This document shows, piece after piece, positions 1-9,115 of a stretch of 64,000 nucleotides of DNA (position 1 is the stretch's first letter; each line of letters begins with the position of its first letter). A program made the position numbers and the translations under genes. The stretch covers positions 19,044 through 83,043 of the forward strand of contig WGLX01000015.1 in assembly GCA_016125355.1 (NCBI GenBank), given 5' to 3'. The stretch comes from Actinomycetales bacterium (GTDB lineage: Bacteria > Actinomycetota > Actinomycetes > S36-B12). The notes below the pieces were generated by a model. That model saw only the letters and a program-made list of their open reading frames with translations. It searched no databases and was not told where the DNA came from.

Positions 1-1
1 C

Positions 2-646
2 CTGCAGCCTGCGGAGGTCCGGCCGGAACTGGTGGCCGCCATCGCCCGTACGCCGGTGGTCGCGCCGTACTACGACCTGTCCTTCCAGCACGCCAGTCCC
101 GACGTGCTGCGCCGCATGCGCCGCTTCGGCGGCACCCGGGAGTTCCTGGACCTGATCGCGCGCATCCGCGACCTCGACCCCGATGCCGGCATCCGCAGCA
201 ACGTCATCGTCGGCTTCCCGGGCGAGACCCGGGCCGAGTACGAGGAGCTGATGGACTTCCTGCAGGAGGCGCGGCTCGACGCCGTGGGCGTGTTCGGGTA
301 CAGCGACGAGGAGGGCACGGAGGCCGCGACCCGGCCGGACAAGGTCGACCCGGACGAGGTTCATGAACGCGTCGAGGAGGTGACCGCGCTCGTCGAGGAG
401 GTCATGGCCCAGCGCGCCGAGGACCGCCTGGGCGACATCGTGGACGTGCTCGTGGAGGCGGTGGACTACGACGCCGACGAGTGGCCGCTGGCCGTGGGGC
501 GCGCCGGTCACCAGGGGCCCGACGATGCGGCCGCCACGGTGCGCATCGAGAGGATCGAGATCGCCACAGGTGACCTGGTCCGGGTCCGCATCGTCGGCGT
601 CGAGGGAGTGGATCTCCTCACCACCCCGGCTGAGCCGAGGCGATGA
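2..646 (+). CDS. rimO: Ribosomal protein S12 methylthiotransferase RimO, C-terminal part (5' end lies outside the window)
   Basis: The reading frame is open to the window edge. It encodes the C-terminal half of a radical-SAM methylthiotransferase ([13 protein letters not shown]) with a TRAM-like tail (GDLVRVRIVGVEG). The stop overlaps the pgsA ATG (ATGA). The position upstream of pgsA-cinA is typical for actinobacteria. Confidence 0.8.
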   Translation: MQPAEVRPELVAAIARTPVVAPYYDLSFQHASPDVLRRMRRFGGTREFLDLIARIRDLDPDAGIRSNVIVGFPGETRAEYEELMDFLQEARLDAVGVFGYSDEEGTEAATRPDKVDPDEVHERVEEVTALVEEVMAQRAEDRLGDIVDVLVEAVDYDADEWPLAVGRAGHQGPDDAAATVRIERIEIATGDLVRVRIVGVEGVDLLTTPAEPRR

Positions 647-1269
647 GGCCGGCCATCCCGGATCGGGCTGGTGACCCGGTCAGTGACGCGCCGGTGCTGA
701 ACCTGCCCAATGCGCTGACCGCCCTCCGCGTCGCCTGCGTTCCCCTTCTCGTGGTCCTCCTGTGGATGGACGATGGGACCCTGGGACCGGCACGGGACGC
801 GGCTGCCATCGTCTTCGTCCTGGCCTCGATCACCGACTTCGTCGACGGGGCGATCGCCCGCCGCTACGGCCTGGTGACGACCTTCGGCAAGGTTGCGGAC
901 CCCATCGCCGACAAGGCGTTGACCGGCGTGGCCCTCATCGGGCTCTCCGCACTCGGGGAGCTGCCCTGGTGGGTCACCGTGCTCATCCTCATCCGGGAGG
1001 TCGGGGTCACGATGCTCCGGTTCTGGGTCATCGAGCACGGGGTGATCCCGGCCAGCCGCGGGGGCAAGGCCAAGACGCTGGCGCAGACGGTCGCCATCAC
1101 GATGTACCTCGCCGACATCCCGCTCGACTGGTGGCCCGAGGCACGGGCCGTGGCCATGGGGGTGGCCGTCGTGCTCACGGTGGTGACGGGAATCGACTAC
1201 GTGGTCCGGGCGGTGCGCCTGCGACAGGTGGCGCGTGGTGCCGCGGCGACGGGGCTGACCGGTGGCTGA
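643..1269 (+). CDS. pgsA: CDP-diacylglycerol--glycerol-3-phosphate 3-phosphatidyltransferase
   Basis: 208 aa multi-TM protein. It carries the CDP-alcohol phosphatidyltransferase signature DFVDGAIARRYGLVTTFGKVADPIADK. The start is coupled to the rimO stop. Confidence 0.85.
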   Translation: MRPAIPDRAGDPVSDAPVLNLPNALTALRVACVPLLVVLLWMDDGTLGPARDAAAIVFVLASITDFVDGAIARRYGLVTTFGKVADPIADKALTGVALIGLSALGELPWWVTVLILIREVGVTMLRFWVIEHGVIPASRGGKAKTLAQTVAITMYLADIPLDWWPEARAVAMGVAVVLTVVTGIDYVVRAVRLRQVARGAAATGLTGG

Positions 1270-1756
1270 GCCGTCGGACGTGGTGGCCGCACTGCTGGCG
1301 CGGGGCCTCAGCGTGGGCACCGGGGAATCGCTCACTGCGGGCCTGGTCGCAGCCACTCTGGCGGACGTGCCCGGCTGCTCGGCCGTCCTCCGGGGCGGGT
1401 TGGTGGCCTATCAGCCGGAGGTGAAGCAGGCACTTCTGGGCGTCAGCGACGAGGACCTGGGGGCAGGCCTGGTGAGCGAGCCGGTGGCCCGGGCACTCGC
1501 GGAGGGGGCCCGGCGCGTTCTGAACGCCGACATCGGCGTCGGCACGACCGGGGTGGCCGGGCCCGAACCGCACGACGGGGCACCCGTGGGCGCCGTGTGG
1601 ATCGCCGCGGCCTCGGGGCACCGGGTGATCGCCCGGCGCCTCGCCCTCGCGGGCAGCCGGGAGGGGATCCGACGTCAGACCGTGCAGGCATGCTGGTCCT
1701 TGGTCCTCGAGTTGCTGGGGGAACCAGAACCCGCAGAATCGGGTCAGAGGGAATAG
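1262..1756 (+). CDS. cinA: CinA-family C-terminal domain protein (PncC-type nicotinamide-nucleotide amidase)
   Basis: 164 aa with an ESLTAGL motif near the N-terminus. It overlaps the pgsA 3' end by 8 nt. The pgsA-cinA order is conserved. Confidence 0.8.
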   Translation: MAEPSDVVAALLARGLSVGTGESLTAGLVAATLADVPGCSAVLRGGLVAYQPEVKQALLGVSDEDLGAGLVSEPVARALAEGARRVLNADIGVGTTGVAGPEPHDGAPVGAVWIAAASGHRVIARRLALAGSREGIRRQTVQACWSLVLELLGEPEPAESGQRE

Positions 1757-1841
1757 GCACCGGAAGTCCGGTGTTGGAGGAGGTACCCTTGGGCACCTCC
1801 GAGGGGTTGTTCGTCGGCACCGAGCGAGGACGGGAGGCACC

Positions 1842-2105
1842 GTGATCGTTCTACGGCAGGTCATCGGTGACGAGCTGCGTCGTCGCCGCCAGGACCAGGG
1901 CCGCACGCTGCGCGACGTCTCCGGCGCGGCATCGGTGTCGCTGGGCTACCTCTCCGAGATCGAGCGGGGGCAGAAGGAGGCATCCAGCGAGTTGCTGGCG
2001 GCCATCTGCGGCGCGCTCGAGGTCTCCCTCTCGGACGTGCTGGCCTCCGTGAGCACCCAGGTCGCCGAGGCCGAGTCCTCGGACCACTCGCTGGCCCCGG
2101 TCTAG
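1842..2105 (+). CDS. clgR: XRE-family helix-turn-helix regulator, ClgR-like
   Basis: 87 aa, GTG start. HTH segment [28 protein letters not shown]. The location directly after pgsA-cinA matches ClgR/PopR-type regulators. Confidence 0.65.
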   Translation: MIVLRQVIGDELRRRRQDQGRTLRDVSGAASVSLGYLSEIERGQKEASSELLAAICGALEVSLSDVLASVSTQVAEAESSDHSLAPV

Positions 2106-2116
2106 TCACCTCGGCG

Positions 2117-2893
2117 CTACGCGTTCCCGCCCTGGCAGGTCGGGCACCACACCGCCAGCCGCCGCCATTCGCCTCGCTCCTGGCTCATCAGGATGCTTCC
2201 GCAGCGGTAGCACGGGCGGCCGGCGCGGCCATGGACGTACAGCGGGCGACGCGGGTCTCCGGTGGTGTTCGCCGATGTGCCCTGTGCCCCTCGCTGCAGG
2301 TGGGTGCGTCCCGCCTCGACCACGCTGGCGAGGTCCGGCACCTGGCCCACCGGGGTCCCGGGCAGCACGCCGCTGAGGAACAGCGCCTCGCACGCGTAGA
2401 TCGTGCCGAACCCCGCGAGGTTGCGCTGGTCGAGCAGGGCCTCGAAGACCGGACGGTCCGGATCGCTCAGGAGACGGTCGAGAGCCTCAGAGGGGCGCCA
2501 GTCCGGTGCGAGCAGGTCCGGACCGAGATGCCCGAGCAGCCGGGACTCGTCGCGGGTGGCCACCACCGCGACCTCCGCGAGCCGGTAGCCGACCGCCACC
2601 GCGTCCTCGGTGCCGAGAATCGCCCGGATCTGGTGGATCGGCCCGGGCCAGCGCTGGTTCGGGCCGAAGACCCGCCACGAGCCCTCCATCCGGAAGTGCG
2701 TGCGAAGGGTACGGGCGTCGTCGAAGCGGATGAGGAGGTGCTTTCCGTAGCTGCCCACGTCCAGGACCGTGCTGCCCACGAACGTCGTCGTCGCCCACCG
2801 GGGGACGCGCAGGTCGGTGCGGGTGACCCGACCGCCCCCCAGCGCGGCTCCGAGACGGCGCGCCGCGCGCGCCACGGCATCCCCCTCCGGCAT
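2117..2893 (-). CDS. nei: Fpg/Nei-family DNA glycosylase (endonuclease VIII)
   Basis: 258 aa starting MPEGD (catalytic Pro2/Glu3). H2TH region (QRNLAGFGTIYACEALF) and C-terminal zinc finger CYRCG...CPTCQ. It starts 2 nt after the lhr stop. Confidence 0.85.
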   Translation of the reverse strand: MPEGDAVARAARRLGAALGGGRVTRTDLRVPRWATTTFVGSTVLDVGSYGKHLLIRFDDARTLRTHFRMEGSWRVFGPNQRWPGPIHQIRAILGTEDAVAVGYRLAEVAVVATRDESRLLGHLGPDLLAPDWRPSEALDRLLSDPDRPVFEALLDQRNLAGFGTIYACEALFLSGVLPGTPVGQVPDLASVVEAGRTHLQRGAQGTSANTTGDPRRPLYVHGRAGRPCYRCGSILMSQERGEWRRLAVWCPTCQGGNA

Positions 2894-2895
2894 CG

Positions 2896-5800
2896 CTACC
2901 CGGCCCGCAGTCGCAGCCCGCGCGGGGTCGGCAGCAGCCCGGGCAGCTGGGCAAGGGAGGTGGCCTCCAGCGCTGGAGCGCCGTTCACGCGCTGGATCAC
3001 GACGCGGTCCAGGCCGAGGCGGCCAGCGTTTCGGCTGAGCGCCTCCGTGGCCGCGCCCAGGATGTCGGGCTCGCTCTCCCACACCAGGAGGGAGCGCCCG
3101 CCCTTCTCGAGGTACAGGCACGGCGCGCCCCCTGCCAGGACGACGAACGCGCCGGCCTTGCGGCCCGGACGGTGGGATCCCACCTCGGACGGCAGGTCCG
3201 GCCACGGCAGTGCGGCACCGTACGGCTGCGCGGGATCCGTCGCCGCCAGCACCACGCACCCCTGCGGCGCGGCATCGTGGTGCCGTCGCACGACGCGCAC
3301 CCGGTCGACGGCCGCGGGCAGGGCGAACTGGGAGGCGCCCAGGCCCTCGACGGCATAGGTGCGCTGGCAGCGGCCGACGTCCTCGAAGGCGGTGAGCACG
3401 CGGGCGAGTGCCGCGAAGCCGCCGTCGACCCGCTCGCCGACCACGCTGCCCCGCGTGATGATCCCGTACCGCTCGAGCAGCGCCTGCCCGACGGCCGTGG
3501 CCCGGCCGGTGGCGTCCTCGGGCACCGGAGGCAGCAGCGCCCACCGGCCCGCGGCAGCGGGCGGTCCGGAGCGCGAGGGCAGGCTCACCCGGCCGCGGCG
3601 GGTGCCTGCGTGGCGTCGTGGAGGCCGCCCCGACAGCCGCGCCCGAAGCGCGGACCAGCCGTCGTTGGTGACGTGGCCGGACCACACCAGCGCCCACAGG
3701 GCCTCGACGAGTTCGGCGTCTGTGCGCAGCGGCACATCGGCCTGCCCGACGCCGACGCGATCGGCGAGATCGCGGAAGAACTGGGCGCCCCCGGTGCGCA
3801 GAGCCTCGAGCACCAGGCGGCCCTCATCGCCGACGGCCGAGTCGTCGGGCTTCGGACGCAGGTAGTCGGCGCGGTCCACCGGTGCGAGGGCGAGCACCCC
3901 GTCCGTGCCGGGCAGCGGTGAGACCCCCCACCAGACCACATCGCCGGAGGCCAGCAGCTGGTCGAACGAGCCGTCCTCGAATCCGTCCACGCGGACCGGG
4001 AGGACCGACTGCAGCCAGGTGCTCGCCGGGAGCGCGGCGCCGGCCAACTGGTCGACCACCTCGAAGCAGCCGTCGACCCCGCGCAGCTCCGGACGCGCGC
4101 CGCTGGCGGCCACATGCTGCCAGGCGGGCAGGAAGGCGCCGAAGTCCTGCTGGGGCACCGGCTCGATCTGGTGCCGCAGGCGGGCCACGGACCGTCGGCG
4201 GATCCGGCGCAGCACGTCGGCGTCGCAGTACTCCGACCCGGTGCCGTCGGGGCGGAACTCGCCCTGCACGACCCGCTTGCCGGCGACCAGGCGGCCCAGG
4301 ACCTCGGCGACGACAGCCACCGGCAGCCCGAGGGCGGACGCGGCATCCTCGACGCGGAAGGGGCCGTGGGTGCGCGCGAAGCGCCCGACGACGTCGCCGA
4401 GCGGGTCATCGACGACGGCGAGGTGGGCCTCCGGCAGCCCGACCGGCAGGGGGACGCCGAGGGCATCGCGCAGCCGTCCGGCATCCTCGATGGCCGCCGT
4501 CGCCTCCCCGCCCGGGAGCCTGATCACGATGGCCCGCCGCGCACCGACGAGCCCGGCCAGCCAGGCGGGCGAGACCCCGCGGGCCTCGGCTGCCTCCTCG
4601 GTGAGGGGGCCAAGGAGGCGGAGGAGGTCGGCTGCCTCCTCGAGGGATCGGGCGGCGGTGGCGGGGGTGAGCCTCTGCAGCTCGGCCTCGACCTCGTCGA
4701 TGGCCTGCGGGTCGAGCAGGTCGCGCAGCTCCGGCGTGCCGAGGAGTTCGGCCAGCAGGGCCGGATCCACGGTGAGGGCCTGGGCCCGGCGCTCGGCCAG
4801 CGGGGAGTCGCCCTCGTAGAGGAAGGAGGCCACATACCCGAAGAGCAGTGACTGTGCGAACGGCGACGGGGTGGCCGAGGCGGCCTCGTGGACCCGGATC
4901 GCCCCGCTCTGGATGCCGGCCAGCACCTCCCGCAGCGCGGGCACGTCGTAGACATCCTGCAGGCACTCGCGGAGGGTCTCCAGGACGATGGGGAAGCTGC
5001 CGGAGTCGGCCGCCACCCCCAGGAGCTGCGCCGATCGCTGGCGCTGCTGCCACAGCGGAGTGCGGCGATCCGGGCGTCGTCGGGGCAGGAGCAGTGCCCG
5101 TGCGGCACACTCGCGGAACCGCGCCGCGAAGAGGGCCGAGCCGCCCACCTCCGCGGTGACCTCGGCCTCGACCTCATCGGGGTGGGCGGCGATCAGGTCG
5201 ATGACAGCCCGCGCCACCTCCTCGTCGTCGCTGTCCGGGAGCCGCAGGACGATCCCGTCGTCCGCGTGCATCACCTGGGCATCGACGCCCAGTGCGTCCC
5301 GCAGGCGCGCCCCCAGCACCAGCGCCCACGGGGCATGGACCTGCGCGCCGAAGGGCGTGTGCACCACGACCCGCCAGTCGCCGAGCTCGTCCCGGAACCG
5401 CTCGACGACGACGGTGGTGTCGCTGGGCACGAGCCCGGTGGCCGCGCGCTGCTCGTCGACGTAGCGGAGGAGCTTGTCGACCGCCCGCTCGTCGAGACCG
5501 AGGTCGCGCAGGCGCGCCGCACCGTCCTTCGCCGTCGCGAGCCCGCGGACGAACGAGCCGACGGCGCGGCCGAGCTCGGCGGGCCGGCCCAGGGCATCGC
5601 CGTGCCAGAACGGCAGGCGGCCGGCATGCCCGGGGGCCGGGGTCACGAGCACGCGGTCGTGGGTGATGTCTTCGATGCGCCACGACGAGGCACCGAGGGC
5701 GATGACGTCGCCGACGCGCGACTCGTAGACCATCTCCTCGTCGAGCTCGCCGACGCGTGCCCCGGGGCCTTCCGCTCCGACGAGGAACACCCCGAACAGC

Positions 5801-7362
5801 CCGCGGTCGGGGATGGTGCCCCCGCTGGTGACGGCGAGGCGCTGGGCACCGGGGCGCCCGGTCAGCAGGTCGGCGTCCCGATCCCAGACCAGCCGGGGCC
5901 GCAGCTCGGCGAACTCATCCGAGGGGTACCGGCCCGAGAGCATGTCGAGGACCGAGTCGAGGATGGACTCGGAGAGCTCGGTGAACGGCGCCGCCCGTGT
6001 CACGACGGCACGGAGGTCGCGGACGGTCCAGTCGTCCATCGCCACCATGGCCACGATCTGCTGAGCCAGCACGTCGAGCGGGGACCGGGGGATGCGCAGG
6101 TGCTCGATGTCACCCTCGCGCATGCGCTGCGTGACGACGGCCGAGGTCAGGAGGTCGCCGCGGTACTTCGGGAACAGCACGCCCTTGCTCACCGCGCCCA
6201 CCTGGTGACCGGCCCGGCCGACCCGCTGCAGCCCGCTGGCCACGCTGGGCGGGGTCTCGACCTGGACGACGAGGTCGATCGCCCCCATGTCGATCCCGAG
6301 CTCGAGGCTGCTGGTCGCCACGACCGCGGGCAGTCGTCCGGACTTGAGATCCTCCTCGATGAGTGCCCGCTGCTCCCGGCTCACCGACCCGTGGTGCGCC
6401 CGGGCGATCGGCTGGGGCTCGCGCAGCCCGTCCGCGGCGGCGCGTTCTGCGGCAATCTCGTTGATGCGGGCCGTGATGCGCTCGGCCAGGCGCCGACTGT
6501 TCGCGAACACCAGCGTCGCGCGGTGCTGTGCGATGAGGTCGACGAGCTGGTCGTCGATATGCGGCCAGATGGACGATCGCGCCACGGGGTCGTCCGAAGA
6601 GGCCGAGTCGCCTGGGGCGGCCATGTCCTCCACGGGCACCCGGATCTGCAGGTCCCAGGCCTTGGCCGTCGGTGGAGCGACGACGGTCGCCGGATGCGAC
6701 GGACGCAGGTATCGCGCCACCTCCTCCACGGGGCGCACCGTGGCCGACAGGCCGATCCGCTGGGCGGGCACCTCGCGCAGCTCGTCGAGCCGCTCCAGGG
6801 AGAGCGCAAGATGGGCACCGCGCTTGGTCCCGGCCACGGCGTGGACCTCGTCGATGATCACGGTGTCGACCTGGCGCAGGGTCTCGCGGGCCTGCGAGGT
6901 CAGCAGCAGGAACAAGGACTCGGGTGTCGTGATGAGGATGTCCGGTGGTCGCCGGGCCATCCGGGAGCGTTCGGCCGCGGGGGTGTCGCCCGTGCGGATC
7001 CCGACGGTTACCTCGCTGACCGATGAGCCCGCACGGGCCGCCTCCCGCTGGATGCCCACCAGGGGGCTGCGGAGGTTGCGCTCCACGTCCATCGCGAGCG
7101 CCTTCAGGGGCGAGACGTAGAGGACCCGGCAGCGCCCCCCCGGGTCCTCCGGCGGGGGTTCGTGGAGCAGTCGATCGAGGGCCTGCAGGAAGGCCGCCAG
7201 GGTCTTGCCGCTGCCGGTCGGGGCGACGACGAGCGTGTCCTGACCGCTGGCGATGGCCGACCAGGCACCGGCCTGAGCCGGTGTAGGGGCGGGGAACGCG
7301 CTGCGGAACCACTCCTGCGTGATCGGATGCAGCGCATCCATGCCCGGCTCGCTGCCGTCCAT
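2896..7362 (-). CDS. lhr: ATP-dependent helicase Lhr (large helicase-related protein)
   Basis: 1488 aa. Walker A APTGSGKT, DEVH box (IIDEVHAV) and a long Lhr-type C-terminal extension. The real start MDGSEPGMDALHPITQEWF sits at 7362 and overlaps the upstream stop (TGATG). The 1845-aa track ORF is an upstream read-through artefact. Confidence 0.9.
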   Translation of the reverse strand: MDGSEPGMDALHPITQEWFRSAFPAPTPAQAGAWSAIASGQDTLVVAPTGSGKTLAAFLQALDRLLHEPPPEDPGGRCRVLYVSPLKALAMDVERNLRSPLVGIQREAARAGSSVSEVTVGIRTGDTPAAERSRMARRPPDILITTPESLFLLLTSQARETLRQVDTVIIDEVHAVAGTKRGAHLALSLERLDELREVPAQRIGLSATVRPVEEVARYLRPSHPATVVAPPTAKAWDLQIRVPVEDMAAPGDSASSDDPVARSSIWPHIDDQLVDLIAQHRATLVFANSRRLAERITARINEIAAERAAADGLREPQPIARAHHGSVSREQRALIEEDLKSGRLPAVVATSSLELGIDMGAIDLVVQVETPPSVASGLQRVGRAGHQVGAVSKGVLFPKYRGDLLTSAVVTQRMREGDIEHLRIPRSPLDVLAQQIVAMVAMDDWTVRDLRAVVTRAAPFTELSESILDSVLDMLSGRYPSDEFAELRPRLVWDRDADLLTGRPGAQRLAVTSGGTIPDRGLFGVFLVGAEGPGARVGELDEEMVYESRVGDVIALGASSWRIEDITHDRVLVTPAPGHAGRLPFWHGDALGRPAELGRAVGSFVRGLATAKDGAARLRDLGLDERAVDKLLRYVDEQRAATGLVPSDTTVVVERFRDELGDWRVVVHTPFGAQVHAPWALVLGARLRDALGVDAQVMHADDGIVLRLPDSDDEEVARAVIDLIAAHPDEVEAEVTAEVGGSALFAARFRECAARALLLPRRRPDRRTPLWQQRQRSAQLLGVAADSGSFPIVLETLRECLQDVYDVPALREVLAGIQSGAIRVHEAASATPSPFAQSLLFGYVASFLYEGDSPLAERRAQALTVDPALLAELLGTPELRDLLDPQAIDEVEAELQRLTPATAARSLEEAADLLRLLGPLTEEAAEARGVSPAWLAGLVGARRAIVIRLPGGEATAAIEDAGRLRDALGVPLPVGLPEAHLAVVDDPLGDVVGRFARTHGPFRVEDAASALGLPVAVVAEVLGRLVAGKRVVQGEFRPDGTGSEYCDADVLRRIRRRSVARLRHQIEPVPQQDFGAFLPAWQHVAASGARPELRGVDGCFEVVDQLAGAALPASTWLQSVLPVRVDGFEDGSFDQLLASGDVVWWGVSPLPGTDGVLALAPVDRADYLRPKPDDSAVGDEGRLVLEALRTGGAQFFRDLADRVGVGQADVPLRTDAELVEALWALVWSGHVTNDGWSALRARLSGRPPRRHAGTRRGRVSLPSRSGPPAAAGRWALLPPVPEDATGRATAVGQALLERYGIITRGSVVGERVDGGFAALARVLTAFEDVGRCQRTYAVEGLGASQFALPAAVDRVRVVRRHHDAAPQGCVVLAATDPAQPYGAALPWPDLPSEVGSHRPGRKAGAFVVLAGGAPCLYLEKGGRSLLVWESEPDILGAATEALSRNAGRLGLDRVVIQRVNGAPALEATSLAQLPGLLPTPRGLRLRAG

Positions 7363-8177
7363 CAGGGGGTCCACCACGTGGCGGCGACGGTGGCCAGGAC
7401 GAGCAGCAGGAAGCCCACGAGCTCGATCATGCCGATTCGGCCGGGCCGCAGGGACGGGTCGGCCAGGACGAGGGAGCGCACCGCGAACCACGCGAAGGGG
7501 AGCAGCAGGAGCAGGCCGGCGGGCAGGCCCCACCACGCGGCCAGTGCCACGGCGGCGGCGGCGCTGAGGAGCGCGACGACGCGGGAGGCCGTGGCGTAGC
7601 GCGGATCGCTGCGCTCGCGGATGAGCGACTTCACGTGCATCGTCGAGCCGGTGAGCAGGAGCGCCACCGCCAGCGTCACGATCCAGACCGTGGAGGGGAT
7701 CGCCGATGCCCCGCCCGAGGCGCCGACGAGCCACGTGATCGGCACCATCGCGCTGCACTCCGCGACGAACACGATGTCGTTGACCAGCGAGCGGTCGTCG
7801 CGACGGCGGGCGAAGGCCATATTGATGGCGAACGCGACCAGGTAGCCGAGCACGGCCCAGGCCAGCCATGGGTCGACGACCAGCAGCGGCAGTCCGGCGG
7901 CCACCACGGGGGCCGACCAGATCAGCAGCGGGGGCACGAACCTCGCCCGGTCCGGGCGGCGCGCACGGCGCTCGCGGACGATGGCGAGCACGAAGTAGGA
8001 CGCGGGGTAGGCGGCCACCCAGGCCACGGCGAGGAGGAGCAGGGCGGGCTGCCAGGGGGTCAGGGGAAGCGCTGACGCGATCGGGAGCCCGAGGAACGCC
8101 CACGCGCCGTGCTGAGGCGGCACAGGGCTGACCCGCCTCCGGGAGCGGGCCGCGCGGTTCGAGTCGGGCGTGGTCAC
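7362..8177 (-). CDS. YwiC-like integral membrane protein
   Basis: About 271 aa from a GTG at 8177, with multiple hydrophobic helices. The N-terminal PPQHGAWAFLGLP segment is typical of the YwiC-like family. The stop overlaps the lhr start by 1 nt. Start position is uncertain. Confidence 0.55.
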   Translation of the reverse strand: MTTPDSNRAARSRRRVSPVPPQHGAWAFLGLPIASALPLTPWQPALLLLAVAWVAAYPASYFVLAIVRERRARRPDRARFVPPLLIWSAPVVAAGLPLLVVDPWLAWAVLGYLVAFAINMAFARRRDDRSLVNDIVFVAECSAMVPITWLVGASGGASAIPSTVWIVTLAVALLLTGSTMHVKSLIRERSDPRYATASRVVALLSAAAAVALAAWWGLPAGLLLLLPFAWFAVRSLVLADPSLRPGRIGMIELVGFLLLVLATVAATWWTP

Positions 8178-8213
8178 GGGTCGATTGTGTCCGATGGGGC
8201 AGACTGTGCCACC

Positions 8214-8405
8214 GTGCGGCTGACGGACTTCTGGGAGCGGATGGAGCTGGTGCTCGGTCCGACGTACGCGCACTCGTGGGCGCACGACGTCGTGCTCCCG
8301 CCCCTGGGCCGCACCGTGGAGCAGGCGATCGCGGACGGGGTGGAGACCAAGGAGATCTGGCGCGCGGTCTGCGCCACCACCGACGTGCCCGGGACGCTCG
8401 CATGA
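8214..8405 (+). CDS. DUF3046 domain protein
   Basis: 63 aa from GTG (VRLTDFWERMELVLGPTYAHSW...). This small conserved family is usually found next to recA in actinobacteria. The stop overlaps the next ATG (ATGA). Confidence 0.7.
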   Translation: MRLTDFWERMELVLGPTYAHSWAHDVVLPPLGRTVEQAIADGVETKEIWRAVCATTDVPGTLA

Positions 8406-9115
8406 GCGACCTGCAGTTCGTCACCGTGGTCACCTACGGACGCACCGGCAGCACGGTGATCCAGGCGGCGCTCAACGCGCTGCCGGGCGTCCTCGTCCGC
8501 GGCGAGAACTACGCGGCCTTCCGGGGGCTGCAGGCGTATGTGCAATCGGTCGCGGAGACCGCCGACCGGCATCACTCCGGCCGGCCCGGTCATCCGTGGT
8601 TCGGGTCCGCCAAGCTCGATCCCGCCGAGGTGGTGGCCGACCTCCGCCGCCACGTGGTCACGACCGTCCTGCGGCCGCGCCCGGCCACGCGCTGGCTGGG
8701 CTTCAAGGAGATCCGCTACGAGCCGGGTCACTTCGCGTCGTACGACCTGCTGCTGTCCTACCTGCTGTTCCTGGACACGCTCCTGCCGGGGCTGCGCTAC
8801 ATCGTGAACGTCCGGGACCCCGAGTCCGCCGCCCGCAGCGGCTGGTGGCCCGACCATGGTGACCCCGTCGCTGCGCTCACCCAGACGCGGGACTGGCTGG
8901 TGGACGCCGTGGCGGACGTCACCGCGATCAAGGGACCCGAGCGGGCCGTGCTCCTCGACTACGACGCGTGGACCGGGCGCCCCGAGGTCCTGAGCGATGC
9001 CTTCGCATCGCTCGGACTGCCGCGCGACGACGCTGCCGTGCGGGCCGTCGTGGGGGAGCGGCTGACCCACGGACCGACGGCCGGCACCAGCGATCCTGAG
9101 AGGGGAGTCGAATGA
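8402..9115 (+). CDS. Sulfotransferase-family protein (Stf0-like)
   Basis: 237 aa. P-loop-like PAPS 5'-phosphosulfate binding motif YGRTGST near the N-terminus. RDPESAARS resembles the 3'-phosphate binding segment. Coupled at both ends by ATGA overlaps. Confidence 0.6.
   Translation: MSDLQFVTVVTYGRTGSTVIQAALNALPGVLVRGENYAAFRGLQAYVQSVAETADRHHSGRPGHPWFGSAKLDPAEVVADLRRHVVTTVLRPRPATRWLGFKEIRYEPGHFASYDLLLSYLLFLDTLLPGLRYIVNVRDPESAARSGWWPDHGDPVAALTQTRDWLVDAVADVTAIKGPERAVLLDYDAWTGRPEVLSDAFASLGLPRDDAAVRAVVGERLTHGPTAGTSDPERGVE

Noticed and set aside
8185-8207. A RecA-NDp-like element (TTGTGTCCG-N8-GACTGT) in the 36-bp ywiC/DUF3046 divergent spacer.
   Set aside because: The core deviates from TGTCRGTG at several positions and the hexamer lacks the leading T. 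It is too weak to call without comparative or experimental support.
7363-8433. The N-terminal 357 aa of the 1845-aa ORF 2896-8433(-). The same issue affects the upstream parts of 27338-32041(-) and 49876-51831(-).
   Set aside because: These are read-through extensions upstream of the real starts (Lhr at 7362, FdsA at 30337, VOC at 50349). The extensions overlap well-supported genes in another frame and have no motif content. The real starts show ATGA/TGATG coupling to the upstream gene.
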